The notes under the pieces were generated by a model. That model was not told where the DNA came from, searched no databases, and worked only from the letters and a program-made list of their open reading frames with translations. A stretch of DNA of 63,979 nt, filler included, from Basidioascus undulatus (lineage: Eukaryota), in the NCBI GenBank assembly GCA_000826855.1. It is 3 parts of 3 records of this genome, joined end to end, with 100 filler letters (N's around TTAATTAATTAA, not from the genome) between each part and the next. Parts side by side here need not be neighbours in the genome. Positions count along the whole stretch, not along the records: positions 1 to 21,986 come from JTLS01000305.1; positions 22,087 to 44,053 come from JTLS01000306.1; 1 more part is not named here. The stretch is one strand, 5' to 3'. The position numbers and the translations under genes are program-made. The first letter of the stretch is position 1. Each line of letters starts with the position of its first letter. Below are positions 12,022 to 24,547 of the stretch, one piece after another.

Positions 12022-15000
12022 ATGCCGCCGTCCGTGGCGCGCTTAGAAAGCGGATCTGACCATGCCCACTTCGACCTCCCCCCGGACTCCGAGAAGACGC
12101 GTCGGACCCCTCACCCGTGTTGGCGGGCCAAGCCGTTCCTCAAGCGGCTCACGACTGGCAAGTATGTCTCGTGGATACTGGCGCATATGAAGTGGGAGGA
12201 TTGGAAGCCCGTCGTCCGCTCGGTGCGTTCTTCAGCTCCTGCGAGGGTCGGGTTCGGGAGGCTGAGTGAGAGGAGTCGCTCGCGATGAACAGGCTGTCGC
12301 TGCCTGGGCCGGATTGGTGCTGGTGCTGGTGCCGAGGACGCTCAAAGTCCTCGGGCAAGCGAGCTTCTTCACTCTTGTCGCGGCGCTTCTGGGTACGTTC
12401 AGTTCGCCTGCAGAGACGTCGCGGGACCTCACTCATCGAATCCTCAACAGCGCACCCGGGTAACGCAGCCATCATCGATATCGAACGCCAGGTCATTTAT
12501 AGCTCACTTGTCGCTCACTATGCGTGTATCACTGACAGTACAGTCGACCGGCCAGATTAACAACCTCTTTCTAGTCTGCGTAGCGTGGGGTTGGGCGTGT
12601 CTTGCCATTCTCATCGCCAACGCCGCCCGGGACGGGCCCTTGGACCAGCAGGAGCTGCAGCGGGTTCAAGACCAATAGTGAGCACTATTTCAGTCCTTTT
12701 GCATTTTTTGCAGATTTTTCTGACTTGAAGCTCAGCGGGGGACTTGGAGCCACCAACTACGAGACGCAGCTGCAGCGCTCTATCTTCGGTACGCCTTCCT
12801 GCCGGTATCTGCCCATCGTACTTTATCACAATGTTTTTCTCTTCTTCGTATCAGATGGTCGCTTCATCCAGGCTGCGCCGTCTATCGTCTGTGCCGTGTA
12901 TGTCACCTGTGACCGTGACGCTCTGAAAGCCCCTGACCGGGCCTGACCGTCCTCTCTTGAACAGCTTTCTCGGCACTGGTTGCGCCTTCTACCTTTACCT
13001 CAAGACACGATTGAGTCCAGGACCATGGGCCATGGTACGTCTCTCATCAGCGATCGTATTAACTTGAGCTCACCTTCCCCCAAATCCCCATACAATCAGG
13101 GCTGCGTCGTGAGTTCAATTCACGCATAGGAAGGTATACCTGCGTGACTGATCAGATACGGTCCGCAGTTCTCGTGCATCTGCCTCACCGTTACCCTCAC
13201 CTACGCTCCGCTATTCCCCTACCCTAATTACACGGTGCGCCCTTCCAACGCTGTCGCTGCTGCCTGTTACCGTCTTTCACTGACAGTCCCAATGCCAGCT
13301 TGGAGCTGTCTTCGCCCTTCCACTCGCCGTTCAATCGGCTATCAATATTGTCTGCGCCATCTTCGTATTCCCTACTTCAGTCAACTCGCAATTCCTTTCC
13401 AGCATGATCGAAGCCCTGTCTCCACTCGAGGACCTCAGCCGCGAGGAAGCGGCCCTGCTCGACATCCCCGTCACGAGCCACGACTGGCTCACCCGCGTTC
13501 AGACCCTTCGCGCCTTGAACGTCAAGAGTGCGGGTGCGATCATCGGGCTTCGCGTCAAGGAGCCGTATCTGGAGCGCGAATTCTGTGTTGGGTGAGTTGG
13601 TCAGTTCCGCATATGCACCGCCAACGCTGACGCTTTTGCAGGCGACTAAAAGGCAAGGATCTGAAGGCACTGTTCGATCTCATGAGAATCGTGCACCTTG
13701 TGCGTGAACTTGTCTGTGTTGCCTTTTTGACAACGCGCCCTGCTGACTCGGAAGTGAATGAAGCGGTCGGGCGGAATCATCACATTTTCCGAAGCTCTGC
13801 TCGTCGCCTTCCACAACGAGCACCTGCTCTCCGAGTCCGTCTCGATCGCGGAGCCGTCGTCTCGTCCCGCTTCGCTCGCGCCCTCGCGGACTAGCTCTCA
13901 CCATGGAACTCCCACCTCGATGCCCGGAACGCCGACAGGATCTCACGCCGAACTGCCTCACGCCTCTTCTCTTCACGGCTTGAGCAAGCACAGCTGGGCC
14001 AACTTCCTCGCTCGCGCCCGTTACTCAGCGCCCATCGGCGTGTTCGAATCGCAGGTGGGCTTGCTCTAGCCAACATCTGCTGATCGTATGACTGACGCCA
14101 ATCTATAGCGCTACATGTTCCTCGAGCGGCAGTTGAAATTGTTGCGTGGTCCCGTCATCTGATCGACCTTCACATCGCCGTGCTGACTGCCACCTCTCCT
14201 CCCCCCCCTTCCATCAGCAAAGATCAAGGCTTCGTTCGCGCTCAGTTCGAGATCGTCAGCGCATCCTCGGCGGACCTCAATCTCGGTAAGCTGCAAATCT
14301 TGCTGTCCGAAGAAGCGGGGTGCTGACATTGCCGTACAGCTTGTCAAGAAGCGATCAAGCATGCATCCGACTTCTTCCGACGCGTCAACAAGGTGTGCCA
14401 GCGCTTTCACCCCCAGTCGTACATTTCAGATGCTCAATCACCAGCACGGAAAAGGATCGTTTCATTTGGCGCTCGTTCTTCCGGCGCCGCGCGGCCAAAG
14501 ACGTCGAAGCGCACATTGTGTCGAATCACCGGATCGCGCGCGAGTTCCGGGAGATCCTCGAGAGATATCGCGAAGTCGACCGTCTAGCTGTACTGCAGCC
14601 CTATGAGGTGAGGACATCCCGCTGCTTCAAAGCGCTCAGTGCTGAAAAGATCCAATCCCCAGAGACTGTTCACGTCTGAACGCGTCGAAAGCGTTCCTTA
14701 TCGCGCGCTCTTTTGGTCGTTCAGCTATCAGTACGCGCTGGACACCTTTGCCTCGGCGCTCCTCGAGCTCCTCGACAGAATCGCAGAGCTCGAAGAGACT
14801 CGGCTGCGCCCGCAGTTGTGGGTGCCCATGCTCGGAATGTGAGATCGTGCCTGGTACATATGCTCTTTCTGCGGGGTTGCTAATAATTAGCCCAATCCGT
14901 AAATCTGCAGTCGTCGCTTTCTTCGGGAGAAGGAGGAAGAGTCGCGAGACGATGACGAGGATCCCGAACAGATCCCCGGGCTGGACGATGGCGAGCAGTA

Positions 15001-17862
15001 TGAGGCGAAACCGCGGGACCCGGATACGCTACCGCCCGCCAACATATTCGAGCACTTCGGGTATGCATGATTTAAAGTTTGTAACTACGAGTCTTTTGGC
15101 TAACAGCGTAGGCGCAAAGGTACTACCTGTGGCGGTGCGGGGAGATTCTGACGTCTCCTTCTGGTGCGCTCATCGTCCTTGAACCGAACGATACCGAGGA
15201 CTCACAAGTGCACCGCAGCTCTCTTCGCCGCGAAGGTGGGCACCTTGACCGGTACGCGAAACGGTTTCTTCGGCGTGTCCTCGTGCCTGACATGAGTTAC
15301 CAAAGTGCTCGTCACGTTGCCAGCGTTTCTGCGAGCATCTGCTGGCTGGTACTACTATCGGCGGGTACCTTTGACACAACTGCGCTGTTCTCAAAGCTAA
15401 TTGGGCAATTGTGCAGGCGAGGGCTCTGGTGAGGTCTTCACGTGCGACTGATGTGAGCTGTGCTGACAATGCGGAACAGGGTTGCTATCATGGTCGGTCA
15501 TCTTGTGCGACCAAGTCTACGCTGCGCTGATGCTTGTTCGCTGTTCAGGCGCAATTGACTTCAGCTATGTGAGCAATTTCGATTCGTTTTCCGTGGCGCG
15601 GTGTTGTTCGTAACTCATTCCATGCACTTCGCAGGTACACGGGTAAGCGGCCAACGTCGGACCCACAATCGAACTGTGCTTACACTGACGGGATATTTCT
15701 TCACGCTACATCCAGGCGATACGGTTTTGAACTGGGTCACTCGAATCATCAGGTACCGAAACTCTTACTTTAAACGCCCCTACGTAACTGACGAGAAGCG
15801 TGTCCGGAAGTTCCACCGCAGGCGTCATTATCGGGCTTCTGTACGTTCGCCTCTGAGTCTGCCGGTGTGCATCTGCTGACGTTCGCTCGTCGCAGAATTT
15901 GGTTGGCCGAATTATAGCGCTCGGTCATTGGAAGATTGAGCTCATATCCGTGAGCAGGTCCGTCGGCGCGCAGACCGGAAGGGGCACGCCTTACGGGGTA
16001 GGTGAACGTCTGGGCAAAACGAACTGCTCGTATCTGATCATTACCTTTGCCAGATTGCCGCGATTTGTTTCGTTGCGTTCCCTCTTATCTTCTACGTCAA
16101 GATGTGCGTTTCTTGCGATGCACGCTCGCGCTTCTTGTTCAAGGCTCAATTGACCACTCTTCGCAGGTACTTCCCCAGCACGCCCGTGGCCATGTTGGTT
16201 TGGACGTGAGTTATCCTCCCCGAGTCAGTCGGGCGGCAGGCTGAACGACTGATCATTTCAAGCGTGTCGATTGCCCTGGTTATCGGGTTCGTCCATTGCC
16301 TCCTCAGATGCTGGCGGCGCTGAGCTCATTATGTTCGTGCGACAGGTACTCTTGGCAGGATGCTCATCAACCTGTACGCTCGCTCTACCGCTTACCTGTG
16401 CAATGCGGCTAATATGGTTGGACTAGACATTGGCAAACGTCGGCTGGGTAACTCCTTCCAATTTCTCTGGCTGTTTGAGCTCGCGGTTGAAGTCGCGTTG
16501 GGGGTTCAGGGATGGGAACTTGCCTGGCGGCGCCTCCTACTCGTTCTCATCGGCGTGGTGAGTCGAGTTCCATTTCGGGAGCGTGCAAGCGTGGTAACAC
16601 AAAATCCTATCGCCGCAGACGGCCGCGTTCGTCTTCGCCTATGTACCGCCGCAATCCAGCGGCAAACGCAATATGGCAGGTCTTACGTTTCCCATGCTCC
16701 TTTTCCGCACGAGGAGCTTACCGCGTCTTTCCGCTTCCGCTTTTCAGCGCATACTCTATTCCAATACCATCGCTCGCCTCGGGGATATCTGTAAGTGTCG
16801 TTTAGGGTCGAGCTTATAGGAATCTGACCGTTTCTGTGCAGACTGCGCCTTGATCTCCTACGCAGCCCATTCTCCTCACAAACACGCCGAGGAAGAGAAG
16901 ATGACGAAGAATCTGTAAGTTTGAAGCGTTACTCGCCTGATAAGTGCGGCTGACGCGCTCTGCCTAGTCTTGCCGTCAAAGCCAAGCTGCGAAAGTCAGC
17001 TCTTCGACACGACTTTGTCGCTTTCGAGCTTTCTCTCCGGGGACGGTGGCCCCGCGCGCGGTATCAGGCGCTTCTCGTATGTGTGCTCCTCTCTACGTCC
17101 GCTTCCGTCTGACTGTTTGTCTCGCTTGAAGAACGTACAATTGGTAATTCACGTCCTTTCGCTAAAGTACTCGGACCACCCTTATTCATATGAGCTTGTA
17201 GGATCTCGTCGAGCTTCTCAGTCAGCTCTTGAGCATCATTAAGCAGCTCGACCCCGCATGGACGCACGGCGTTTTGCGCCGTAGCAAGTTCCTTGATCCA
17301 CGATTCGTGCGCGCCTTCTGCGAGTTCACTGTGAGGCTCGATACTAACCTTCCATTCCAGATTGGGGACGTGTTGGCGTGTATAGACTTGTGCTCGGTTT
17401 CAATACGAAACGGGTCGCCGCTGCCTCAGGTAACTGTTCTTCGTGAAAAAGATATAGCGTCATTTGAAGCTTATTAATTGGAACTCTTCCAGGTCACTCC
17501 AAGTCCGCTTGTTGACCGTTCTTACTCTGCTTCGTTGGGCCTCAACGTCGCTGCTGGTGAGGACGACGTCGCGCATGGGCTCCCCAAACATGTCTCGCTC
17601 GAAACCCTCAAGAGTAAAGACTACTGGGTGAGTCTGCATCATACTGAGCGTTGCCAATCCTTCCTAACCGCACTGCGCTTAGCTGTACTGTGTCGCCTAC
17701 TCCACGTCTCAATCCATCCTGGTGCGCATTGATCGGATGGTGCTCGTCACCAAGGTGCGTGCATTGCCTTGTGCGCTCGATCAAAACTAACGAGTAAGAA
17801 TTTTGTCGTAGACTATCGTGGGTGAGCGGTTCCAGATTGATTTGGGTGGATGGAATACCTGA
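12022..17862 (+). CDS. Large multi-exon membrane protein, ArAE_2_N / FUSC-like (Bre4/YGL140C-type putative ER transporter)
   Basis: WKPVVRS|AVAAWAGLVLVLVPRTLKVLGQASFF, RYSAPIGVFESQ, FELAVEVALGVQGWELAWRRLLLVLIG, PLPQVT, ending IVGERFQI. Many short introns; exon boundaries are only partly resolved. Confidence 0.7.
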
Positions 17863-18499
17863 TGTGATTATGCAGCAACCTTCTGTATTACCTACTGTCA
17901 GGTGTGGCAGTTTGGGCGGAAAATTAGGTCACGTAAACCCCGTCTGAAAGGTCATAAAATACAGTGTAGGGCAATGCCCTACCGCCTGCGTTGCCGCCTG
18001 CAAGCCACGGTGTGTCGCTGTGACCAGAATCATGGCACACATTCACGTCACCTGCACACTTATAATTGGCATGTCAGATTCAGATCAAAAGTTTTGGCCT
18101 TGCTTATCAGCATTGCATTGATAGAGGAAGACGTCAGTTCAGTGCACATTACTTCACTTTTGAGGTGAAAGAGCGCAGCAGACGGTCGCTACGGCAGGTG
18201 TCCATGCGGATATGCCACACATCTACAGCGCTGGCTCAATCCCAGTTAATTTGCACTTTGACCAGTTGAATCATGACTGTTACTGCCAAAAGTTCATGCC
18301 GGCCTAGAAACTCTGTGAGACTGTCATGGAATCACAGCGCATAAACGCTGTAGTGCAACCCGAAGTTGTGTTCAGAGTTTTCAGAGCCGTAGGCCCACAG
18401 GATGCGAGTCGGTTTAATTGGTCTAAAGTCGCCAGAACGGTTGCACAATTTGGACAGGAGAAATAATACCCCAATTGTGACTAGCCGCCCAGCTCACAA

Positions 18500-20600
18500 T
18501 GGAATGAATCCGTTGCATGTACAATGGGCTACCCCTTGATTTTGCCTTCAGTGCACACTCCGCTTCGGCATTTGGTATCTGAGAACAGATGAAACACTGG
18601 GCAGTTTTCCTGCCTGTGTTTGCTCCCGCTGAGCAAGGGATGTGACTTTTCCCACTGTTGAAGCAAGTTGCAGTGCAGCACTACCAACACTCCACAGCTG
18701 CATACAAGCCACCCGCTATCAATGATATACATCTGTTTGAACAGAAAATGATGAATTATTGGATGATGGCATTTGTATACATGCAGAACACCATTTCATT
18801 GATAACCGGGGCTGTTGTGGGTGCTACTGGAAAGCTCACATTCAAGCATCCAGAAGACCCATCTCCCAGTGGTCCAGACGTGGCTGTTCTTTGTGTCTGA
18901 TAGAGCCCACTCCTCCCAAACCCGGCATAATTTCCTTTGATTTGCCATTTACAGGGTGTCCTGCTCATGGATGTTGCAGGGGTCGTTACTTTTCCTCCCT
19001 CATGCACCTTTGGATCATAACACAAAGGAGTCCTCCATACAAGCTGTACATTTCTCTGTGATGCTACATAAATTGAATATTGACCAAGTCAACACATTAG
19101 ACTGCTAAGGGCTGCCTATGGGCATACTGCATTCCTCTGTCACAGTCTGAACACTTTTGAAGAAGCCCACTTTTCTCCTACCTTTATTTGCCAGCCAAAC
19201 TGATGTTGACATACATTTAGAGCTATAACTACTTGAAAGGAAGTCGGAGTCGCAAAAGGTGTAAGGGATGTCAAGCATTCCTTTTCCAACATATCCAAGA
19301 GCTATCCTCACTTTTTAGAAGTGCTATCTTCCCATGAGGTACTTGCTCATTTGATATTGATCTCAAACTAACATTTACAGTTAAATTAAACTCACCATCC
19401 TGGAGCTGCATGCAGTCTAACTATTGCACACATACTCAGCTTGCAGAAAGAAATGCCCGCAGCCTCAGTGCAGGACAGGAGGATTCCCACTATTGTTAAA
19501 CATAGTTAAGCATAAAAAGTGCATAAAAATATAACCAATTTATGAGCAATGACTATGCTTCATGTGACTGAGGGTTTGAGGAAAAAATGCACCCAAAAGA
19601 AGAAGGTTTCCACTACCGAACGTGGGACTCGAACCCACAACCTTGTCCTTAGGAAAGACACGCGCTACCATTGCGCCAGCACGGCTTGGAAAGTAAACCT
19701 ATAAAGAATATATGAAGGCGTCAGTGGAGCGAAGTCTGGGGTATTCACCACCCGTCCCCATCCAACACCCGTTTCTCACCCAAACCAGGACTTCCATGGT
19801 TTTCAAGGTCAGTTTCTCAAAATGCACAGCCTAAATAGCTGTAATTGACCTCAACGTAAAACAACCCCAAGGTTTCCTCACCAACCAGGTAAAAGGGGCG
19901 GTACATCAAGTGACGCAACCAGAGCCAGTCCTCCCCCTTCCTCCCTCAGCCCCCTCTCCCCTTCTGCACAACAGGCCTATCATGGCCAGGACAGCACTCA
20001 GTCTACATAGAAGCAACTGTTTCTTCTACCACAAACCTATCATAACCAGGACATCACTCAGTCTATGCAAGAGTTACAAGGGAAAGCAGAGATGGGAAAA
20101 GCTCATGACAAGAGTGGTGCAAACAGCTGGGGAATGGTAGTGCAAGACTGTCTGGAAGTCATGAGAAATGTGTAAAGTGAGGAAGTGAAGACATGAAAAA
20201 TGTACAATAATCCAGGAACTATGGTGAGCCTTGTTATACAGGTCATCTTGCATTCCCATACAGTGTGAGAGTCAGCCTTGACCTGTTCAGCCACAGGGAA
20301 TCTTACCTGCCAAAGTATGGGTCTGCCTTGGCATACCTCACAGCCTGTTTGGGTCAAGCAAGGGATCCTGGCCAATGGAAGCTCTTCTCTTGCGCACTCA
20401 TGCAAAAAAACTGCCACCCATTATGTGGTTGCTTGACAAACCGCTCAGTGGCCCCGGCATTTCAAGTTTGACTCAGTATTTCAAGTTTGACTGCATGTCA
20501 GTGGCAGGTTGAGGCGGAGGTGTGTGCAATGTCTCAGGCGAAAGGGGACAAGAGATGGCAGAAGTGTGCATGAAAGCTCATGCTTATACTAAGTAACACC
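18500..20600. other. Lower-GC, CpG-poor region, probably decayed repeat/transposon DNA
   Basis: CG is visibly scarce and TG/CA abundant relative to flanking genes; there are no credible ORFs and some short internal direct repeats. Confidence 0.45.
19614..19685 (-). tRNA. tRNA-Arg, anticodon CCT, intronless
   Basis: Reverse complement GCCGTGCTGGCGCAATGGTAGCGCGTGTCTTTCCTAAGGACAAGGTTGTGGGTTCGAGTCCCACGTTCGGTA shows an A box, anticodon arm TGTCT-TTCCTAA-GGACA and T arm GTGGG-TTCGAGT-CCCAC, with a downstream T-run on the minus strand. Confidence 0.9.
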
Positions 20601-21685
20601 TCTTTTCCTGATCGCGACAAGCTGGCGCATCCAGTACTCTAACCTCGTCTGCCTCATTGATCGAAGCCTGACCACGCGTACTTCTGCTTTGCATCTCTTC
20701 ACCTGTCCCCTCAAGGCTTTCTAGCTGATCAATGGATATATAGTCTTTTCTTCTATACCTGAGATAGTATGGCTTGTCAACATAATTAAACACGACGGAC
20801 TCTGCACAGACCAGCCAGAAGCGTCACGGAATGTTTAATGCAGTCAGCTGAAGAAGTCATCAAACTGAGCACAGCATGTAGGAGCTTCTGCACCACCCAA
20901 CTTCTAACACAGATCAAGGTAAGATTTCAGACCAGATCACAGGACGGAGGAGATCGCAAAGCCTCTCTAGCTTGCGCTAGAACGCAACATGGCCTGTGTA
21001 ATCCATTGCTCAGTGGCCTGCGCAGCCGGTCCGCATAGCCGAAGTCCCCAATTTTTGCGATAGGTGTAACTGAAAGATGGGATAAGCTCAAGCACAAAGT
21101 CGCTCATTGTACAAGAAGCCCGTCATGCAGCGGGGTGCTGCAGGGCCGCGGACAAGTGTTTCAATGGGAGGGAGGGTGGCGACCATCCGGGGGCCTTTCA
21201 CCCCAAGTTTTGGGAATGCAATCTTGGGTTGCATATGTAGACCCTTAGTTCGTGACGGCTCGGCCAGAAATTGGCTGGGGCGAAGGCGACACACCCTACC
21301 CAGCCGATACGGATGCTTGCTTTGCGAGTAGACATGGGTTCTGAGCACACAGGAAAAACCTTTACAACTGCTCACTTAACCTATCGGTAAACCAAGAATG
21401 GAAGATTTCTCGAGCAAAGTTATGCTACCTGCATAGCGTAGATGTCTCGAAGCTACGGATCACCAAGGTTTACACGGCAAGCGGAATGATGCCTGGCCGG
21501 AACGCTGCAGTGTCATGGGACGGAAGGGGGTCTCACGGCAAACTGCACGAGGGGCATCACACATTCGACCCCAACTGCATACCCCCCGACACGACTTGCA
21601 GACTACACAAGCACATCAAAGCGTGCATCATGTACTACTACATCCTGTTCCTCCAATACACGGCAACTCCGAACCCGCTCGTCAA

Positions 21686-21969
21686 TCACCGATACGACGG
21701 GTAGCCCTGGCCGGGCGGGGGCGGATACGGCTGCTGCTGGGCGTACGCGCCGGGGTACGCCTGGTGCTGTTTCGGCGGGGGCGGCTGGGCATACGGCGAG
21801 GGCGTCGCGTAGTGGGAGTACTGCTGCTGCTGCTGCTGCGGCGGCGGCGGGGCAGGGTACGGCGAACTAGGGGGGAACGGCTGCTGTTGGGGCTGGTAGT
21901 GCGCGTAAGGCGCGGCGGGCCGAGGGGCGTAGGTGGAGGAAGACGAGGAGGACTTCTTCAAGGATAAAG
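21686..21969 (-). CDS. 3' fragment of a Pro/Gln/Tyr-rich protein, cut by the contig end
   Basis: GC-rich coding-like frame ...YAPRPAAPYAHYQPQQQPFPP...GQGYPSYR*, open towards the gap. Confidence 0.6.
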
Positions 21970-21986
21970 AGATCGGAAGAGCACAC
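21970..21986 (+). other. Illumina TruSeq adapter remnant (artefact)
   Basis: AGATCGGAAGAGCACAC lies directly before the N run. Confidence 0.97.
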
Positions 21987-22086
21987 NNNNNNNNNNNNNN
22001 NNNNNNNNNNNNNNNNNNNNNNNNNNNNNNTTAATTAATTAANNNNNNNNNNNNNNNNNNNNNNNNNNNNNNNNNNNNNNNNNNNN
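21987..22086. other. Artificial contig linker N44-TTAATTAATTAA-N44
   Basis: A palindromic 12-mer with stops in all six frames is centred in Ns; an identical copy occurs at 44054. Confidence 0.97.
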
Positions 22087-22808
22087 CAGGGAACAGCACG
22101 ACTGCCACTACGGCGGTTTGGGTGTTGCTGGCGTTCGGGTTCGCTGCTACCTTTCTGATATTCGGGCCCGGGCCCGTACAGAACTCGCATGTCGTTGCAC
22201 TCCTCCCGCTCGGGAGTGCGCTGGCAGCAGGGGCGGTAGTAGCCATCGTTTTGTACCTGTGCGTTTCTGCTCCCCCTCACTTAAGTACCTCCCTTCCCCC
22301 TCCCACACTGAACCTCCTTCCCCGCCAGTTTCCCCGCTCCCCCCCAACCCCTGCCACCCGCCTCTTCCCTGCACTCCTACACCCTTGCCTACGCATCCTC
22401 CCCCATCGGTTTCCTCCACCTCGCCCACACCTCTTCTCCAACCACCCTAGCTCTCACACACCTCCTCATCTCTCACGACTTTCCGACGGGCGCGACTCTC
22501 CCCCCGCTGCTTGAGCACGCGCTTGAATGTGCGTTCTCGCACCCGCCGAAAGAAGGGGGAGAGGGAGACGAAGGGCGGATGGACGAGGTGAAGGAAGAGG
22601 GGAAGGGGAAGGGGAAGGAGAGGGGAGAGAAGGTAGAAGAGGTCGAGCTGGCGGGTCCGATGCGCCCCGAATGGGCGGCCGCGTTCAAGAGCGCGGGGTG
22701 GAAGAAGGAGGAGGGGCGATGGAGCGTAGGGAGGGAGGGGTGGGAGGGGAGGAGGAGGAAGGGTGATTGAACGCCAAAGTTTGCGGGAGTTGCGATAGAC
22801 ATGGACAT
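22087..22808 (-). CDS. 5' fragment of an unidentified gene running into the gap
   Basis: MSMSIATPANFG... exon, probable GTGAGA..CAG intron (~22477-22257), then (S)YKTMATTAPAASALP...CEFC. Confidence 0.4.
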
Positions 22809-24547
22809 TTTGGATTGGACAGTGTGGTATGGTATGCGGTGTGAACACGCTGTTGAGTTCTTCAGTGAGGCACGGTGTTTCGCGGTGCTGTTTTGAGGGT
22901 ATGGGGCCCGACGTTGCCTGCAAGCGTTCTGTGCTTGCCATTGCCACGGAATCCCTCGGTCCCCAGAGCTCTTCCAGGATGACCTGACGTACGTTTCTCC
23001 ACTGTGTCGTATCTTCAGACGAAGTTAGAAGCTGTGCGCATCGCTGTGGGTCTCGGGCCACTGCGCATGTGGGGGAAGCCTTGAAGGCGCGCGAAAGCGT
23101 CCTCTTAACAGCCTAAAGGTATCGACTCCTCTCCGTCCTCTCTGTTATAAAGCAAGTTGTGGTTTCACTTTTTGGGACTGCATGGAGCTTTCTACTTTCC
23201 AAGACACCCCCCCCGACTCTTTCATACCCTCCTTTCGTGCCATAGCGCGTCATCCACTGCACTGCATTGATCGTTTGTGTTGTGCGTTTTGTACTCTCCG
23301 CACCCTGGAAAGTATAAAAAATTCATGATGTGCTTGAGAGTAAAAAGAAGAGCCCCTCTATGAACGAGTGCACCTCGTCTCCACGCTGTAAACACAGACC
23401 CAAAGCCGCCTAAAGAACAGGAACGATTTGACTCACTCATCAGCGCACTCGAGCCTTTCTAGGAATAAAAGGTATCACAGCCGAACATATGAATGCTTTT
23501 GGTCACTTCTTCTGATGGTGAATGGTGAAATATTTCTGGACGCAGAGTCTTCGCGGCTCTCCTCAGCGAGCTGCGCTAGGGAGAAAACAGAGGCGAAAGG
23601 AATCTGTCCCGTGCAGAGGAGGCTAGTCATCCCATACCAAAATATAAATATTATTATTTACTTACGAACATGGAGGCGAATCCAGGATGGGCACGTCCGG
23701 GAAAGAGTTCATTCTGTTGGGCGGACAGCCGCAGTCAACTCTAGTATCTAGTTTTATCAAATTTGGATTGCTGACCATCTCCTCGTTGGTGTAGTGGCTA
23801 ACATCGGGTGTTCTCACCGCCCAGCCCCGGTTCAATTCCCGGACGGGGAAAGTTAATTTTTGTTCAGGTGTGCTTCGCAAAACAACCCCGCATAGCACAT
23901 AATCTGTAGGTAGTAACTACTTCTTTTGATCAGCCAAGACTGCCTTACTCACGTGGACAATTTCTGAAGGTGCTCGAAACCCTCGCTCCACGATGCCCAT
24001 GCTGCCGTCGGGGAGCGGGAAAGCACAGGCGAAGACAATGTCCTGTACAGCGAGCATGATCATCCATTGAATCAAGACATTCATGAAGCATTTAGAACGG
24101 CGTTGAAGCAGTCCTGCTTGGATAGTCCACCCATTTACACCAAGCTGTCATGTTCCTGTACCACTCTCTTCTCCTCCCATACCAAACCGCACACACGCAC
24201 ACAATATCTGCCCGATGCAGCAAATGCCGTCAAAAAATGAATGCTTTGTGCAATGCAGAACCAGAAATATGCACAGGCCCGACAGGGGATGCAGTTGAAC
24301 TCCTCAGCCGCCGTTCGCTGTCCCGGTCGGTGACCGACCGGATGGGCGGTACGGCCAGGGCGAGTTCGCGCGGTGGGGGAAGAAGAAGGGGGGTTGAGTT
24401 ACGGGACATTGGCAATGTGCGATGCGTAAATCGAAGAAAGTGAGATACGATTGAACGAGGAAAGGGGGGAGGAGATGGGGAAGGGGACGGATGTTGTGGT
24501 GGATGAGGGGGATGGTGGCGGTATGGGGCAGTGCGCTCGCTCGAGGC

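Noticed and set aside
19976..20065. Repeat-spacer-repeat resembling a CRISPR array
   Set aside because: Only two imperfect units, in a eukaryotic context with no cas genes.
22031..22042. TTAATTAATTAA palindrome as a biological site
   Set aside because: It is centred in symmetric N runs and repeated identically at 44098-44109, so it is an assembly linker.
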